64,000 nucleotides of DNA from an uncultured Actinomycetota bacterium (GCA_963758515.1 CAVWVO010000001.1:529110-593109); one strand, 5' to 3'. Positions 40,628 to 50,984 are shown, counted from the stretch's first letter. The notes: a model not told the origin generated them from the letters alone. Made by a program: numbers and translations.

Positions 40628-41629
40628 ATGCAGCCGCTGCTCGTTCATGGCGCCGCGCCCGGGATTGCCGAATGGGCATATGGGCAAGTCGTCTCTGGAC
40701 ATCGAGCGGCGTTGGCGCTCGCCGGCGCCCATGGCTCCAAGACCGCCGCCGTCTATCACGGATCGATCTCCTATTGGCAGGCGATCGTCCTCGGCGTGAT
40801 CCAGGGCATCACCGAGTTGTTCCCGGTCTCGAGCCTCGGCCATACCGTCATCCTCCCCGAGCTGTTCGGCTGGAAGCACGTCGTCATCGCCGAGAGCCGG
40901 CCGGAGTCGTTCTGGCTGCCCTTCGTGGTCGGCCTGCACGTCGGGACGGCCGTCGCGCTGTTCGTCTACTTCTTCCGAACCTGGATCGAGATCATCGGCG
41001 AGTTCTTCAAGTCGATCTACCGCCGCCGGATCGAGAACAGCACCCAGCGCCTGGCGTGGCTCCTCGTCGTGGCGACGATCCCGGCAGGCCTCTTCGGTCT
41101 CCTCCTCGAGCACCCGCTCCGCGTCATCTTCACAAAGCCCCTCGCCGCTTCCATCTTCCTCATCGTGAACGGGTTCATCCTCTTCTTCGGCGAGGGTGTC
41201 CGCCGGGGGGCGGCCAGGCGGGAGGAGCGCGGCATCAAGCCGAAGCGCCAGCTCGACAACCTCAACTTTCGCGAAGCAGTCGTCGTCGGGCTCTGCCAGA
41301 TCGCCTCTCTCTTCGCCGGCATCTCCCGGTCCGGGATCACGATGGTCGCCGGCCTCGTCCGCGGGCTGAACCACGAGGACAGCGCCCGCTTCGCTTTTCT
41401 TCTCGCCACTCCGATCATCCTCGCGGCGGGCGTGCTGAAGCTTCCCGACCTGACCGGCCCGCTCGGCAGCGGCATCCGGGGCCAGACAGTCGTCGGGGCG
41501 GCGTTCGCCTTCGTGGCGGCGCTCATCTCGGTGCGCTTCCTGTCGAAGTACTTCGAGACGAAGACTCTCTGGCCATTCGCCGCCTACTGCCTGCTCGCGG
41601 GGGTCGCCTTCACCAGCTATTTCGCCTGA
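40628..41629 (+). CDS. uppP: undecaprenyl-diphosphate phosphatase
   Basis: AIVLGVIQGITELFPVSSLGHTVI and ...GISRSGITMVAGL... are BacA/UppP signatures. The N-terminal start is uncertain. Confidence 0.85.
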   Translation: MQPLLVHGAAPGIAEWAYGQVVSGHRAALALAGAHGSKTAAVYHGSISYWQAIVLGVIQGITELFPVSSLGHTVILPELFGWKHVVIAESRPESFWLPFVVGLHVGTAVALFVYFFRTWIEIIGEFFKSIYRRRIENSTQRLAWLLVVATIPAGLFGLLLEHPLRVIFTKPLAASIFLIVNGFILFFGEGVRRGAARREERGIKPKRQLDNLNFREAVVVGLCQIASLFAGISRSGITMVAGLVRGLNHEDSARFAFLLATPIILAAGVLKLPDLTGPLGSGIRGQTVVGAAFAFVAALISVRFLSKYFETKTLWPFAAYCLLAGVAFTSYFA

Positions 41630-41724
41630 GCCGACACAGAAGACAGCCGGGCGAACGAAGCTCGCCTCACGCGCCGGATGCCCCGTCGCCCCTTCAGCGG
41701 CGCCGGGCGCCGTACGCTTGCAGG

Positions 41725-42216
41725 ATGGCGATCTACGAACACTCCATCAAATCCCTCGATGGTGAGCCGCTCGACCTTCACGGCTTCGACGACAAGGCGG
41801 TCCTTGTTGTGAATGTCGCCTCCCGCTGCGGGCTGACGCCGCAGTACGAGGGGTTGGAGCGCTTGCAGGAGGAGTACGCCGGCCGGGGCTTCAGCGTCCT
41901 CGGCATCCCGTGCAACCAGTTCGGCGAGCAGGAGCCGGGCTCAGCAGACGAGATCCGGACGTTCTGCTCGACCACCTACGGGGTGACATTCCCGATGACC
42001 GAGAAGGTCGAGGTGAACGGGGCCGATCGCCACCCGCTCTACGGTGAGCTCACCCAGGTCGAGGACGCCGAGGGGGCCGCCGGCGACATCCAGTGGAATT
42101 TCGAGAAGTTCCTCGTCGCTCCGGGAGGAGGGAGCATCCGTCGCTTCCGTCCGGCGACCGAGCCGGAATCGCCCGAGCTCGTAAGCGCCATCGAGGCGGT
42201 CCTTCCTGACCGATGA
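41725..42216 (+). CDS. glutathione peroxidase family protein
   Basis: LVVNVASRCGLTPQYEGL...LGIPCNQFGEQEPG...WNFEKFLV are canonical GPx motifs with Cys in place of Sec. Confidence 0.9.
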   Translation: MAIYEHSIKSLDGEPLDLHGFDDKAVLVVNVASRCGLTPQYEGLERLQEEYAGRGFSVLGIPCNQFGEQEPGSADEIRTFCSTTYGVTFPMTEKVEVNGADRHPLYGELTQVEDAEGAAGDIQWNFEKFLVAPGGGSIRRFRPATEPESPELVSAIEAVLPDR

Positions 42217-42240
42217 CGACCTCGTGCCCGTGACGTTCGC

Positions 42241-42657
42241 GTGACGGGCGACCTACAGGTTCCGGGCGGCCCGCTCATCCCGGCCCGCGAGCTGCGGTGG
42301 CGCTACTCGGGGAGCGGCGGGCCGGGGGGCCAGCACGCCAACACGTCGAACACCCGGGCGGAGGTCTTCTTTGACGCCGCCTCTTCGGAGGCACTCTCAC
42401 AGCTCGAGCGGCAGCTCGTCACCGAGGGGCTCGGGCCGATTGTGCGCGTCGTCGCGAGCGACGAGCGCTCCCAGCTCCAGAACCGCAAGCTCGCGATGGA
42501 GCGGCTCGGGAACCGTCTCGCCGAGGCACTCGACGTCCCCCTCGACCGGCGCCCGACGGCGCCGTCACGACGGGAGATGAGCCGGCGGCGCCAGAGCCGC
42601 CGGCACGCCCAGAGGCAACGCCAGCTGAGAAGATGGACCTACCGGGGCGACGAATGA
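42241..42657 (+). CDS. arfB: alternative ribosome-rescue factor ArfB (peptidyl-tRNA hydrolase, GGQ domain)
   Basis: 138-aa ORF with a SGSGGPGGQHANTSNT GGQ motif, ERSQLQNRKLA, and a highly basic C-terminal tail. Confidence 0.8.
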   Translation: MTGDLQVPGGPLIPARELRWRYSGSGGPGGQHANTSNTRAEVFFDAASSEALSQLERQLVTEGLGPIVRVVASDERSQLQNRKLAMERLGNRLAEALDVPLDRRPTAPSRREMSRRRQSRRHAQRQRQLRRWTYRGDE

Positions 42658-42837
42658 CGGCTCCGGGGCGACGGATCGCCTTGCCGGGCAAGAGTGTCAC
42701 CCGCCGCCTGGGAGGGTATCTGTCAGCCAGATCGGGAGTGGAGGCGGGCGCGAGGCAGGCCCTCTCGGCGAGAGGTTCTCCTCCCGGCTCCCGCGCCCTG
42801 CACGGCGACGGCAGCAGGTAAAGGACGCTCGAGCGAA

Positions 42838-44478
42838 GTGGAACAGGATCGCAGTCTCGGCAGGCTCAGTCCCGGTCGGGTCCTCGCCGGTCGCTACGTC
42901 GTCGCGGAGCTGATCGGCCGAGGAGGGATGGCCGAGGTGTACCGGGGGCGTGACCAGCGACTGGCGCGCCCGGTCGCCCTCAAGGTCCTGCGAGCCCAAT
43001 TCGCCCACGACCCGGCATTGCGCCTCCGCTTCGAGGAGGAGGCCAAGGCAGCCGCTCTCGTCTCGCACCCGAACGTCGTGGGCGTCTATGACGCCGGCGA
43101 GGACACCGACCCCGCTGCCGCCGACGCGAGCGAGCACTACGCCTTCATCGTGATGGAGCTCGTCGTAGGTGAATCCCTCGCGGAGCGGATCGCCCGCGGG
43201 CCCCTCGAGTCGGCCGAGGTCCGTCGCATAGGCGGACAGATCCTCGATGCCCTTGCCGCCGCCCACGCAAGAGGCGTTCTCCACCGGGACATCAAGCCGG
43301 CGAACGTGCTCGTCACCGACGACGGGACGGCCAAGGTGGCCGACTTCGGCATCGCGAAAGCCGTTCATCCCTCGCCGGAGAACGACGAGCCCACCGCGAT
43401 GAACATCGTCCTCGGGACGCCCGGCTACCTCGCCCCCGAGCGGGCACAGGGGAATCCGGCCACCGTCCGCTCCGACCTGTGGTCGGTCGGGGTCCTTCTG
43501 TACGAGGCGATGAGCGGAGTACGGCCATTCGCCGGCGACAACCCGATCGCCGTCACCCTTGCGGCTCAGGAAGGCCGCTACGTGCCGCTCCTCGAGCGCC
43601 GGCCTGACGCTGATCGCGCCGTGGCGGCCATCGTGACAAGGGCGCTCGACCCGGACCCCGACAACCGCTTCGCATCGGCAGCCGAGATGGGCCGGGCGCT
43701 CAAGATGCCGGACGTTCATACCGTCCCCCTCGCCAGTCCCTTGCTGACCGAGACCGCCATCAGCACGGCCGAGTTCGGGCCCGAGGGTGCGGCAGGCCGT
43801 GGTGGAGCGGGTGCGGCCGGCGCAGGTGTGGCCGGGCTGGCCGGTGCAGCCGGCTTGGCCGGCGCCGCCTACCTCGCCGGGGAGGGCGGTGGTGCCGGCG
43901 CCGGCGGCGCCACGCCCCTCGGGGGGGGCGGGGCCGCCGGCTCTTTGCCCTCTCCCGGGCCGTTCACCCGCGAGGACCTTCTCGATCTTCCCTACGAGCC
44001 AGCTTCTGGCAAGCGGCGCCGACGGGGCACAGCGGTGCTGGCGGCAGCGGCCATCGTGTTGCTCCTCGCGGGCATCACGGCGATCATCCTCACCGCCGGG
44101 CGCCACCCGCAACAGCCGGCGCCGGGTGGGACGACCTCTTCCACGCGAGCGGGATCCTCCACGACATCGAGCTCACCCTCCACCTCGACGTCCGGGCCGC
44201 CGACGTCCACGTCGCCAACCACATCGACCAGCCCGACCACGAGCAGCTCGTCGTCCACGACGACCTCGACCCTCTCGACGAGCACTACGAGCACAACCCC
44301 GTCGTCGAGTACGACGACGACGACGGGGCCCGGTACGACGACCACGTCGGATCCGGTCACAACGACCACGACCGATCCACCCACGACGACCACTACGACC
44401 TCAACGGCACCGGGCGGCCCGACGACGACGACTGCGCCGACACCCCCGGCCCAGTCCGTAGAGGCGGCGGCCGGCTAG
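42838..44478 (+). CDS. Ser/Thr protein kinase with a single TM helix and a Thr/Ser/Pro-rich extracytoplasmic tail
   Basis: Hanks kinase motifs are present: GRGGMAEVY, VALKVL, HRDIKPANVL, DFGIA, and GTPGYLAPE. A TM helix (AVLAAAAIVLLLAGITAIIL) is followed by a low-complexity T/S/P region. Confidence 0.85.
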   Translation: MEQDRSLGRLSPGRVLAGRYVVAELIGRGGMAEVYRGRDQRLARPVALKVLRAQFAHDPALRLRFEEEAKAAALVSHPNVVGVYDAGEDTDPAAADASEHYAFIVMELVVGESLAERIARGPLESAEVRRIGGQILDALAAAHARGVLHRDIKPANVLVTDDGTAKVADFGIAKAVHPSPENDEPTAMNIVLGTPGYLAPERAQGNPATVRSDLWSVGVLLYEAMSGVRPFAGDNPIAVTLAAQEGRYVPLLERRPDADRAVAAIVTRALDPDPDNRFASAAEMGRALKMPDVHTVPLASPLLTETAISTAEFGPEGAAGRGGAGAAGAGVAGLAGAAGLAGAAYLAGEGGGAGAGGATPLGGGGAAGSLPSPGPFTREDLLDLPYEPASGKRRRRGTAVLAAAAIVLLLAGITAIILTAGRHPQQPAPGGTTSSTRAGSSTTSSSPSTSTSGPPTSTSPTTSTSPTTSSSSSTTTSTLSTSTTSTTPSSSTTTTTGPGTTTTSDPVTTTTTDPPTTTTTTSTAPGGPTTTTAPTPPAQSVEAAAG

Positions 44479-44497
44479 CAGATTCAGCCGACGACAA

Positions 44498-44527
44498 GGC
44501 CCGGGCGCCAGTATGGCGGCCCGGGCC
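44498..44527 (+). terminator. strong GC stem-loop downstream of the kinase gene (putative intrinsic terminator, no U-tract)
   Basis: ggcccgggcgcc-agtat-ggcggcccgggcc forms 12 bp with one bulged G, starting 20 nt after the stop codon. Confidence 0.45.
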
Positions 44528-44713
44528 TAATCGCATCCCCCCGTCGGATAGCTCAGTTATCGGCCGGGCCGGGGGAGAACTTGAGCGCGGTTCTCAGACA
44601 ACATCCGATCTCCATCCTCGTCGTGCACGCCACCGCCCGGTCGGCTACACAGTGGCCGTGCAACGCCCATGACGGCGGCGGCCCACCTCGGGTCAGGACG
44701 CAAGGGGGTCTCG

Positions 44714-45823
44714 ATGGAATCCGAAGCAGCGGTCCTGTGGGAAGCAGGCGGAGCCTGGGAGGTCGGCCCCATCGAGCTCGACCCGCCGAAGAGCGGCGAG
44801 GTGCTCGTCCGCCTGCTCGCCTCGGGGATGTGCCACTCAGACGAACACCTCGTGACGGGCGACTTACCGGCGCCTTACCCGGTCATCGGGGGGCACGAGG
44901 GCGCCGGCGTGGTGGAGGAGACCGGTCCCGGCGTCACCTCGCTCGAGGTTGGCGATCATGTCGTGTTCGGCTTCATCCCGGCCTGTGGGCAGTGTCCGTC
45001 GTGTGCGACCGGCCACTCAAACCTGTGTGACACGGGAGCGTCGTTGATGTCTGGGCTGCAGCTCGACGGGACGTCCCGGCACCATGCCCGGGGCCAGGAC
45101 CTGAAGTCGTTTCTCGGCCTCGGCACCTTCGCCCGCCACACCGTCGTGAGCATCGCTTCCTGCGTGCGGATCGGCGACGAGATCCCCGCCGAGCACGCAT
45201 GCCTCGTCGGGTGCGGCGTGACGACCGGATGGGGATCAGCCGTCTACGCCGCCGAGGCAGGCCCTGGGCAGAACGTCGCCGTCATCGGCGCCGGCGGAAT
45301 CGGCTCGGCCGCCATCCAGGGTGCGCGGCGGGCCGGCGTCGAGCGGATCTTCGCCATCGACCCGGTCGAGTTCAAGCGGGAGCAGGCGGTCCGGTTCGGC
45401 GCGACACACACGGCGGCCTCCGTCGAGGAGGCCTTCCCGCTCATCGAGGAGGTGACATGGGGCCGGATGTGTGATGGCGTCATCTGCTGCATGGGTGTCG
45501 GCCGGGGCCGGCTGATGTCGTCCATCATGAGACTGTGCGCAAAGAGGGGGCGGGTCGTCGTGACGAACATCCACCCGCTCGAGGAGATGGACGTCTCGCT
45601 CAGCTTGTGCGACCTGACGCTTCAGGAGAAGCAGCTCGTCGGGACCATCTTCGGGTCGGCCAACATCCGCTACGACATCCCGAAGCTCCTCGAGCTCTAC
45701 CGGGAGGGCCAGCTCGACCTGGCCGGGATGATCACGAACACCTACAAGCTCGGCGACGTGAACCAGGGCTACCAGGACATGAGGGACGGGAAGAACATTC
45801 GCGGCGTGCTCGTCCTCGAATGA
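44714..45823 (+). CDS. zinc-dependent alcohol dehydrogenase (class III / NDMA- or mycothiol-dependent formaldehyde dehydrogenase-like)
   Basis: MESEAAVLWEAG...GMCHSDEH...GHEGAGVVEETG..., the structural-zinc Cys cluster CGQCPSCATGHSNLC, and GAGGIGSAA are present. Confidence 0.85.
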   Translation: MESEAAVLWEAGGAWEVGPIELDPPKSGEVLVRLLASGMCHSDEHLVTGDLPAPYPVIGGHEGAGVVEETGPGVTSLEVGDHVVFGFIPACGQCPSCATGHSNLCDTGASLMSGLQLDGTSRHHARGQDLKSFLGLGTFARHTVVSIASCVRIGDEIPAEHACLVGCGVTTGWGSAVYAAEAGPGQNVAVIGAGGIGSAAIQGARRAGVERIFAIDPVEFKREQAVRFGATHTAASVEEAFPLIEEVTWGRMCDGVICCMGVGRGRLMSSIMRLCAKRGRVVVTNIHPLEEMDVSLSLCDLTLQEKQLVGTIFGSANIRYDIPKLLELYREGQLDLAGMITNTYKLGDVNQGYQDMRDGKNIRGVLVLE

Positions 45824-45974
45824 GCCCAGCCAAGGGCGGCACCGGGGGGCTGCCGCCGGCACCCCTGCCAGTAGACCGGTAGTACGCGCTCCGACGAGCG
45901 ATCGCCGCCGGCGAGGCGACCGGCGCGATCTGCAGATATCGGCAGCATGTCGAAGCCAACGAGCTGTCGACGCC

Positions 45975-46006
45975 AAGTACCTGTAGAAGCAAGGTACCTG
46001 TAGAAG
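45975..46006 (+). promoter_or_regulatory. direct repeat (gtacctgtagaag x2, 17-bp register) overlapping the RBS region of the next gene
   Basis: aaGTACCTGTAGAAGc aagGTACCTGTAGAAGgagg lies in a locally AT-richer stretch. The second copy runs into the GAAGGAGG Shine-Dalgarno. Confidence 0.35.
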
Positions 46007-46016
46007 GAGGACCGTC

Positions 46017-46763
46017 TTGTTGTACCGAAACATGACAGCCGGAGAGATACGCCTTACCGGTGACGGCGATGACGAGATCGCCGCCTACTTCGCCGGCCCC
46101 ACCGAAGGTGGCCCCTTCCCGGGCGTGATCGTCATCCATCACATGCCCGGCTGGGACGAGGCGACGATGGAGATCACCCGCAAGTTCGCCGCCCACGGCT
46201 ACCTCGGCGTCTGCCCGCACCTCCACTACCGGGAAGGCCCTGAGCAGTCGCCCGACGATGCCGCCGCCGCCGCCCGTGCCGGCGGGGGCGTGCCGGACGA
46301 CCGCTTCCTCGGCGACATGCGGGGGGCGATCTCCTATCTCAAGTCCCGTGACGACCACAACGGGAAGGTCGCCGTCATCGGCTACTGCTCGGGCGGCCGG
46401 CAGGCCTTCCTTGCCGCCTGTTCGCTGGAGCTCGACGCGGCGGTCGACTGTTACGGCGCCTTCGTGGTCGGAGAGCCCCCCGAAGGGATGCCCCTCAAGG
46501 TCGGCCCGATCATCCACCTCGCCGAGAAGCTCTCCTGCCCGTTGCTCGGTTTGTTCGGCGAGGAGGACCAGCACCCGTCCCCGAAGGAGGTCGACGAGCT
46601 CGAGGCGGAGCTGAAGAGGCTCGGAAAGCAGTACGAGTTCCACCGCTTCGAAGGGGCCGGGCATGGCTTCTTCGCCGTCGACCGCACGATGTACCGGCCG
46701 GAGGCGGCCGTCGAGGGCTGGGAGCTGATCTTCTCGTTCTTCGACCGTCACCTCGCCGGTTGA
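46017..46763 (+). CDS. dienelactone hydrolase family protein
   Basis: VIVIHHMPGWD..., the nucleophile context VAVIGYCSGGRQA, and C-terminal GAGHGF are present. Confidence 0.8.
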   Translation: MLYRNMTAGEIRLTGDGDDEIAAYFAGPTEGGPFPGVIVIHHMPGWDEATMEITRKFAAHGYLGVCPHLHYREGPEQSPDDAAAAARAGGGVPDDRFLGDMRGAISYLKSRDDHNGKVAVIGYCSGGRQAFLAACSLELDAAVDCYGAFVVGEPPEGMPLKVGPIIHLAEKLSCPLLGLFGEEDQHPSPKEVDELEAELKRLGKQYEFHRFEGAGHGFFAVDRTMYRPEAAVEGWELIFSFFDRHLAG

Positions 46764-46790
46764 CGGCCGGACCTCGAGAAGGAGATTCCG

Positions 46791-47054
46791 ATGTGCTCTT
46801 ATCAGACCGAGAAAACGGCCGTCTCGGGGAGCGGCAAGGGGGCCAACGGCTGGTTCCGGCTGAGCCACGCCGTCACCTACTTCGACCACCCCTACCACTC
46901 CCCGTACGCCCACACGCTCAACATCGATTTTGTGAACGAGGCCGAAGGCCCGGGCGCGCGGGTGGCAGTCGAGCTGACCGAGGAGTCTGCCCGGGCGCTC
47001 ATCGGCTCGATCGAGGCGGCGCTCAGCGCCATCGGCGCGCCTTTTTCGGGGTGA
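46791..47054 (+). CDS. small conserved hypothetical protein
   Basis: 87-aa ORF with a GAAGGAGA Shine-Dalgarno 6 nt upstream of the ATG. Composition looks coding (MCSYQTEKTAVSGSGKGANGWFRLSHAVTYFDHPYH...). Confidence 0.5.
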   Translation: MCSYQTEKTAVSGSGKGANGWFRLSHAVTYFDHPYHSPYAHTLNIDFVNEAEGPGARVAVELTEESARALIGSIEAALSAIGAPFSG

Positions 47055-47171
47055 GGCGCCCTCAGGTGCCCACCCCGGTAATGAGACGAGTTGCGGGCCC
47101 GAGGTGGAGCATGATCAGCTTTGCCGACATCATCACCTTGGCACGGTCCGGCATCAGATCAGGGGGGGCAG

Positions 47172-47795
47172 ATGGACAGCTGGAGCATGACGGCAGCCGA
47201 GCGGGCTGCTCTTGTCGAGCGCCTCGCTGCCCTCGATGACGAGCAGTGGGCCGCTCAGTCGCTCTGCGCCGGCTGGACGGTGCGCGATGTGACGGGCCAC
47301 ATCCTCGCCATCTCGTCAATGTCGACAGGCAGGTTCCTCGCCGGAATGACCCGCAACGGCTTCAGGTTCGAGCGCCTGCAGGAGGACGGGGTGAAGGAGC
47401 AGACGAGTAACAGGACGAACTCCGACCTCGTCCAGGCGCTCCGGGCAAGGATCGGCTCCCGCGCCAAGCCGCCCGGTCCGGCGACGACGGTCCTCGGCGA
47501 GACGCTCGTCCACGGTGAGGACATCTTCCGGGCGCTCGGCGCCGAGCCGCTTTCGCACCCGATCGAGCATGTGACGACGTGCGCCGACTTCTACAAGAAG
47601 AACCGCTTCCCGCTCAAGGTGAAGCAGCGCATCGCCGGCGTGACGCTGCGGATGACGGATGCCGACTGGTCGTACGGCTCGGGGCCCGAGGTCTCCGGCC
47701 CCGGTGTCAGCGTCCTCATGGTGATGGCCGGGCGCAAGGCTGCACTTCCCGAGCTGCAGGGCGACGGGGTGACGATTCTTGCAAGCCGTCCCTGA
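47172..47795 (+). CDS. maleylpyruvate isomerase-family mycothiol-dependent (DinB-fold) protein
   Basis: The N-terminal ...ERAALVERLAALDDEQWAAQSLCAGWTVRDVTGHI... matches the TIGR03083-type signature as I recall it. Confidence 0.7.
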   Translation: MDSWSMTAAERAALVERLAALDDEQWAAQSLCAGWTVRDVTGHILAISSMSTGRFLAGMTRNGFRFERLQEDGVKEQTSNRTNSDLVQALRARIGSRAKPPGPATTVLGETLVHGEDIFRALGAEPLSHPIEHVTTCADFYKKNRFPLKVKQRIAGVTLRMTDADWSYGSGPEVSGPGVSVLMVMAGRKAALPELQGDGVTILASRP

Positions 47796-47836
47796 GTTGC
47801 ACGCTGACCTCCTCCCCCGGGCCGGAACGCTCTGAG

Positions 47837-49121
47837 ATGACGACCGCACGAGCGGCGGGACCGAGCTCCGCGGTGAGCTCCCGCCCGACCGGCCTGCTTG
47901 ACCGGCTGCTCGACCGCCAGTTGCGCGCCTCTCGGATGGTGAGCGTCGCCGACGCGAGACGAATGGCCAAGGCGACGCTGCCGGGCGTCGTCTTCGACTA
48001 CATCGACGGCGGGGCGGACGCCGAGAACACCATGCGTGAGAACGAGGCGGCGTTCGCGCAGGTCGTCTTCCGGCCGAGGATGGCGATGGGCGCCCGGGAG
48101 CCTGATATCGCCACCAGCGTGCTCGGGACGAGCCTTGCGATGCCGCTCATGCTCGCGCCCGACAGGCCTCGTACGTCTCATGCACCCTGACGGACCGGCC
48201 GGCGCGGCGCGAGCGGCAGCGAGTCGCGGGACGCTCTCGGTCCTCAGCCGGCTTGCCGGCACACCGGTCGGGGAGGTGGTCCCGGCCGCACCCGGAAGAG
48301 TCTGGTTCCAGCTGTACGCCGCGGGCGGCCGCCCGGACGCCGACAATGTCCTCAGCAAAGTCGAGGAGGCGGGCGTCGAGGTCCTCGTCGTGACGATCGA
48401 CACGCCGGCACTCGGCAACCGAGAACGGGACCGGCGTCATGGAGTGACCCCCCCGCTTCGTCTCGATGCCCGCAACGCCATCCATCTCGGCCCCCAAGTC
48501 CTGCTGAGGCCTCGATGGGCGGCGCGCATGGCCCGGGACGGCATCCGCATGTTCGGGCGGGCGGGCGCCCCTCCCGGCCCGGCCGCCGCCTCCCTCCCTG
48601 AGGCGGGAGATGCCGTCGCTGATCCCGGCGGCAGCGAGGTGGCGCCGTCCGGATTCGGCATGCTGTCGATGGCGGCCTCCCCCTTCACGTGGTCCGACAT
48701 CGACTGGCTGCGGAAGAGGTGGGCGGGAAAGCTCGTCACGAAGGGCGTCCTCGGGGCGGCCGACGCCCGGCGCTCTGTAGAGGCCGGATCGGACGCCATC
48801 GTGATCTCGAATCACGGCGGCCGCCAGCTCGACGGCGCCCCGGCCACCTTGCGGGTGCTACCGGAAGTCGTGGACGCCGTCGGAGCCGAGGCAGAGGTCC
48901 TGCTCGACGGAGGCGTCCGGAGAGGGAGCGACGTCGTGAAGGCTGTCGCGCTCGGCGCGAGGGCCGTCTTCATCGGGCGGCCGTACCTCTACGCCCTCGC
49001 CGCAGGCGGCCAGCTCGGCGTCGAGCACGTGCTCGACCTCTTCCGCGATGATCTCGTCCGCACGATGGTGTTGCTCGGCTGCCCCTCCATCGGCGACCTC
49101 GGAGCCGACTACCTGTTCTGA
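47837..49121 (+). pseudogene. FMN-dependent alpha-hydroxy acid dehydrogenase/oxidase (LldD-like), single 1-nt insertion at about 48161
   Basis: ...ARRMAKATLPGVVFDYIDGGADAENTMRENEAAF...SLAMPLMLAP is in one frame. TGLVRLMHPDG...WFQLY...IDTPALGNRERD...VISNHGGRQLDGA...GGVRRGSDVVKA continues in the next. Removing g48161 restores ..LAPTGL.. Confidence 0.8.
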
Positions 49122-49173
49122 GCCCCCACCAGCTGCGGGTCGTGCGCCCGGGTCACAGCGAGCCGACGGGCTG

Positions 49174-49608
49174 TCACCGGTAGGGCCGGGGCCCACGGCG
49201 GCGCCGGCCGATCGGCTTTCCCTCGAACCAGATCCGCTCGTAGTCGCGGCTCTGGGGATGAAGGAGGGCGACGACGAGGGCGACCTGGAAGATCAGCGTG
49301 ATGACGTTCGTGCCGACGGCGCGGAAGGCGGCGAACTTCAAGACGGCGCCGAGCACGACTATCGAGAAGATCGAGTAGGCCAACCGCAGGCCGGCGGCGA
49401 CGAGCCCCAAGCGGTAGCCCCACCTCATGGAGTTGGCGATCCCGAAGGCGCCCGCGATCATCCCGATGACGAACACGATGCCGATCAGCCCGTAGCCGCC
49501 GGCGAAAAGGCCCCCGAACAGCCCGAAGATGCCGTTCAGATAAAGGAGCATGACGGCGAGCTGCAGGGTCTGCGGGTGGCCCGAGTTGAACCAGCGGCGC
49601 TCTCGCAT
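49174..49608 (-). CDS. hypothetical integral membrane protein
   Basis: ORF from ATG 49608 with four hydrophobic helices and no recognised family. Confidence 0.5.
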   Translation of the reverse strand: MRERRWFNSGHPQTLQLAVMLLYLNGIFGLFGGLFAGGYGLIGIVFVIGMIAGAFGIANSMRWGYRLGLVAAGLRLAYSIFSIVVLGAVLKFAAFRAVGTNVITLIFQVALVVALLHPQSRDYERIWFEGKPIGRRRRGPRPYR

Positions 49609-49673
49609 CCCGCGAGTCTCGCAGGCTGTCCATCGGTTCGCCCGCCGCCGGGGCGGGGCGCCGAAAAGCGTTC

Positions 49674-50900
49674 TTGATGCCGGTCGCAGCTCCCGGTCCG
49701 CCACGTATGGTTTTCTCGATGCCCGCTCGCCCGCCCGTCCACAGGACCCCGCTCCGCCGTGCGGCTCCGCTAGCCCTTCTCGCTCTCGTCGTCGCCGTCA
49801 CGCTCATCCTCGTCTTTGTCGTCGGCGGCTCCGGCCACGCCGCCGGCGGCCGCCATCACCGACCGGGCGCGGCGACATCGACGGCGGCGTCCTCGCCCGG
49901 CATCTCGTCCACCTCATCGACGGCGCCGCACGCAACGGTGCCTCCCACCGGGAGCGTGACCATCTCGGCGGTCGGCGACACGATGCTCGGCAACACGCCC
50001 AACCTTCCTCCCGATCCCGTCGCCTACCTGGCGCCGATCCGCCACGAGCTCGTCGGCGGTTCCGAGATCGTCTTCGGCAACCTCGAGGGCACGCTCACCA
50101 CCGCCACGACGAGCAAGTGCGGCCCGTCCGGCTCCACCGACTGCTTCGCGTTTCGCGACCCGCCCAGCTATGCCAAGTATCTGAGGGCGGCCGGCTTCAC
50201 CATCTTGAACGATGCCAACAATCATTCCTTCGACTTCGGCCCGGCGGGGCAGGCACAGACGGTGGCGTCCATTCATGCCGCCGGGATGGCACAGACCGGA
50301 CTGCCCGGGGAGATCACCCTCGTGCACGCCGGGTCGATCCCGGTTGCCTTTCTCGCCTTTGCGCCGTACACATACGACGCCAACCTCCTCGACCTCGGCA
50401 TCGCCCGCCACATGATCGAGACCGCTCGCCGCCAGGCCCGCGTCGTCGTCGTCTACATGCACGCCGGGGCAGAGGGGGCAGATGCCGACCACGTCACGGG
50501 CGGGGAGGAGTACTTCCTCGGCGAGGACCGCGGCAACGCCAAGGCATTCGCCCACATGGCGATCGACGCCGGCGCCAGCCTCGTCATCGCGAGCGGGCCG
50601 CACGTGCTCCGCGGCATGCAGTTCTACAAGGGCCATCTCATCGCCTACAGCCTCGGCAACTTCGCCAATTACGGCGACTTCGCCTCGGGCGGTGTCCTCT
50701 CGATGAGCGTCATCCTCCACGTCAAGCTCTCTGCGACGGGCGCCTTCGAGAGCGGGCGGATCGATCCGGTGGAGATAGTCGGGGAGGGACAGCCCGAGCC
50801 GGGTGGTGCTGCAGTCTCCTTCGTAGCCGGCCTGTCCGCGCAGGATTTCAGAGACAGCGCCGCTCATTTCTCGCCCTCCGGAGTCATCACCCCGCCCTGA
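49674..50900 (+). CDS. CapA-family (PGA_cap metallophosphatase-like) protein with an N-terminal membrane anchor
   Basis: VTISAVGDTMLG...VFGNLEGT...ILNDANNHSFDFG...VVVYMHAG.E...IASGPHVLRG..YSLGNF are CapA motifs. The start is uncertain within the first 12 codons. Confidence 0.75.
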   Translation: MMPVAAPGPPRMVFSMPARPPVHRTPLRRAAPLALLALVVAVTLILVFVVGGSGHAAGGRHHRPGAATSTAASSPGISSTSSTAPHATVPPTGSVTISAVGDTMLGNTPNLPPDPVAYLAPIRHELVGGSEIVFGNLEGTLTTATTSKCGPSGSTDCFAFRDPPSYAKYLRAAGFTILNDANNHSFDFGPAGQAQTVASIHAAGMAQTGLPGEITLVHAGSIPVAFLAFAPYTYDANLLDLGIARHMIETARRQARVVVVYMHAGAEGADADHVTGGEEYFLGEDRGNAKAFAHMAIDAGASLVIASGPHVLRGMQFYKGHLIAYSLGNFANYGDFASGGVLSMSVILHVKLSATGAFESGRIDPVEIVGEGQPEPGGAAVSFVAGLSAQDFRDSAAHFSPSGVITPP

Positions 50901-50984
50901 CCCGAGCCCTTGATTGCCCCCGGCGGCGCTGGAACCGGGCGGGGGCCCGCCGGCAGTCCGAGAGCCCGGACTCCCGCGCTCTCC

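Noticed and set aside
42643-42677. Direct repeat ccggggcgacgRat x2 at the arfB stop
   Set aside because: It is short (about 13 nt) and imperfect, and within the range expected by chance in GC-rich sequence. No associated feature is present.
44537-44580. tRNA-like string ggatagctcagtt
   Set aside because: It resembles a D-loop, but no acceptor stem, anticodon arm or GTTCGA-type T-loop can be folded around it.
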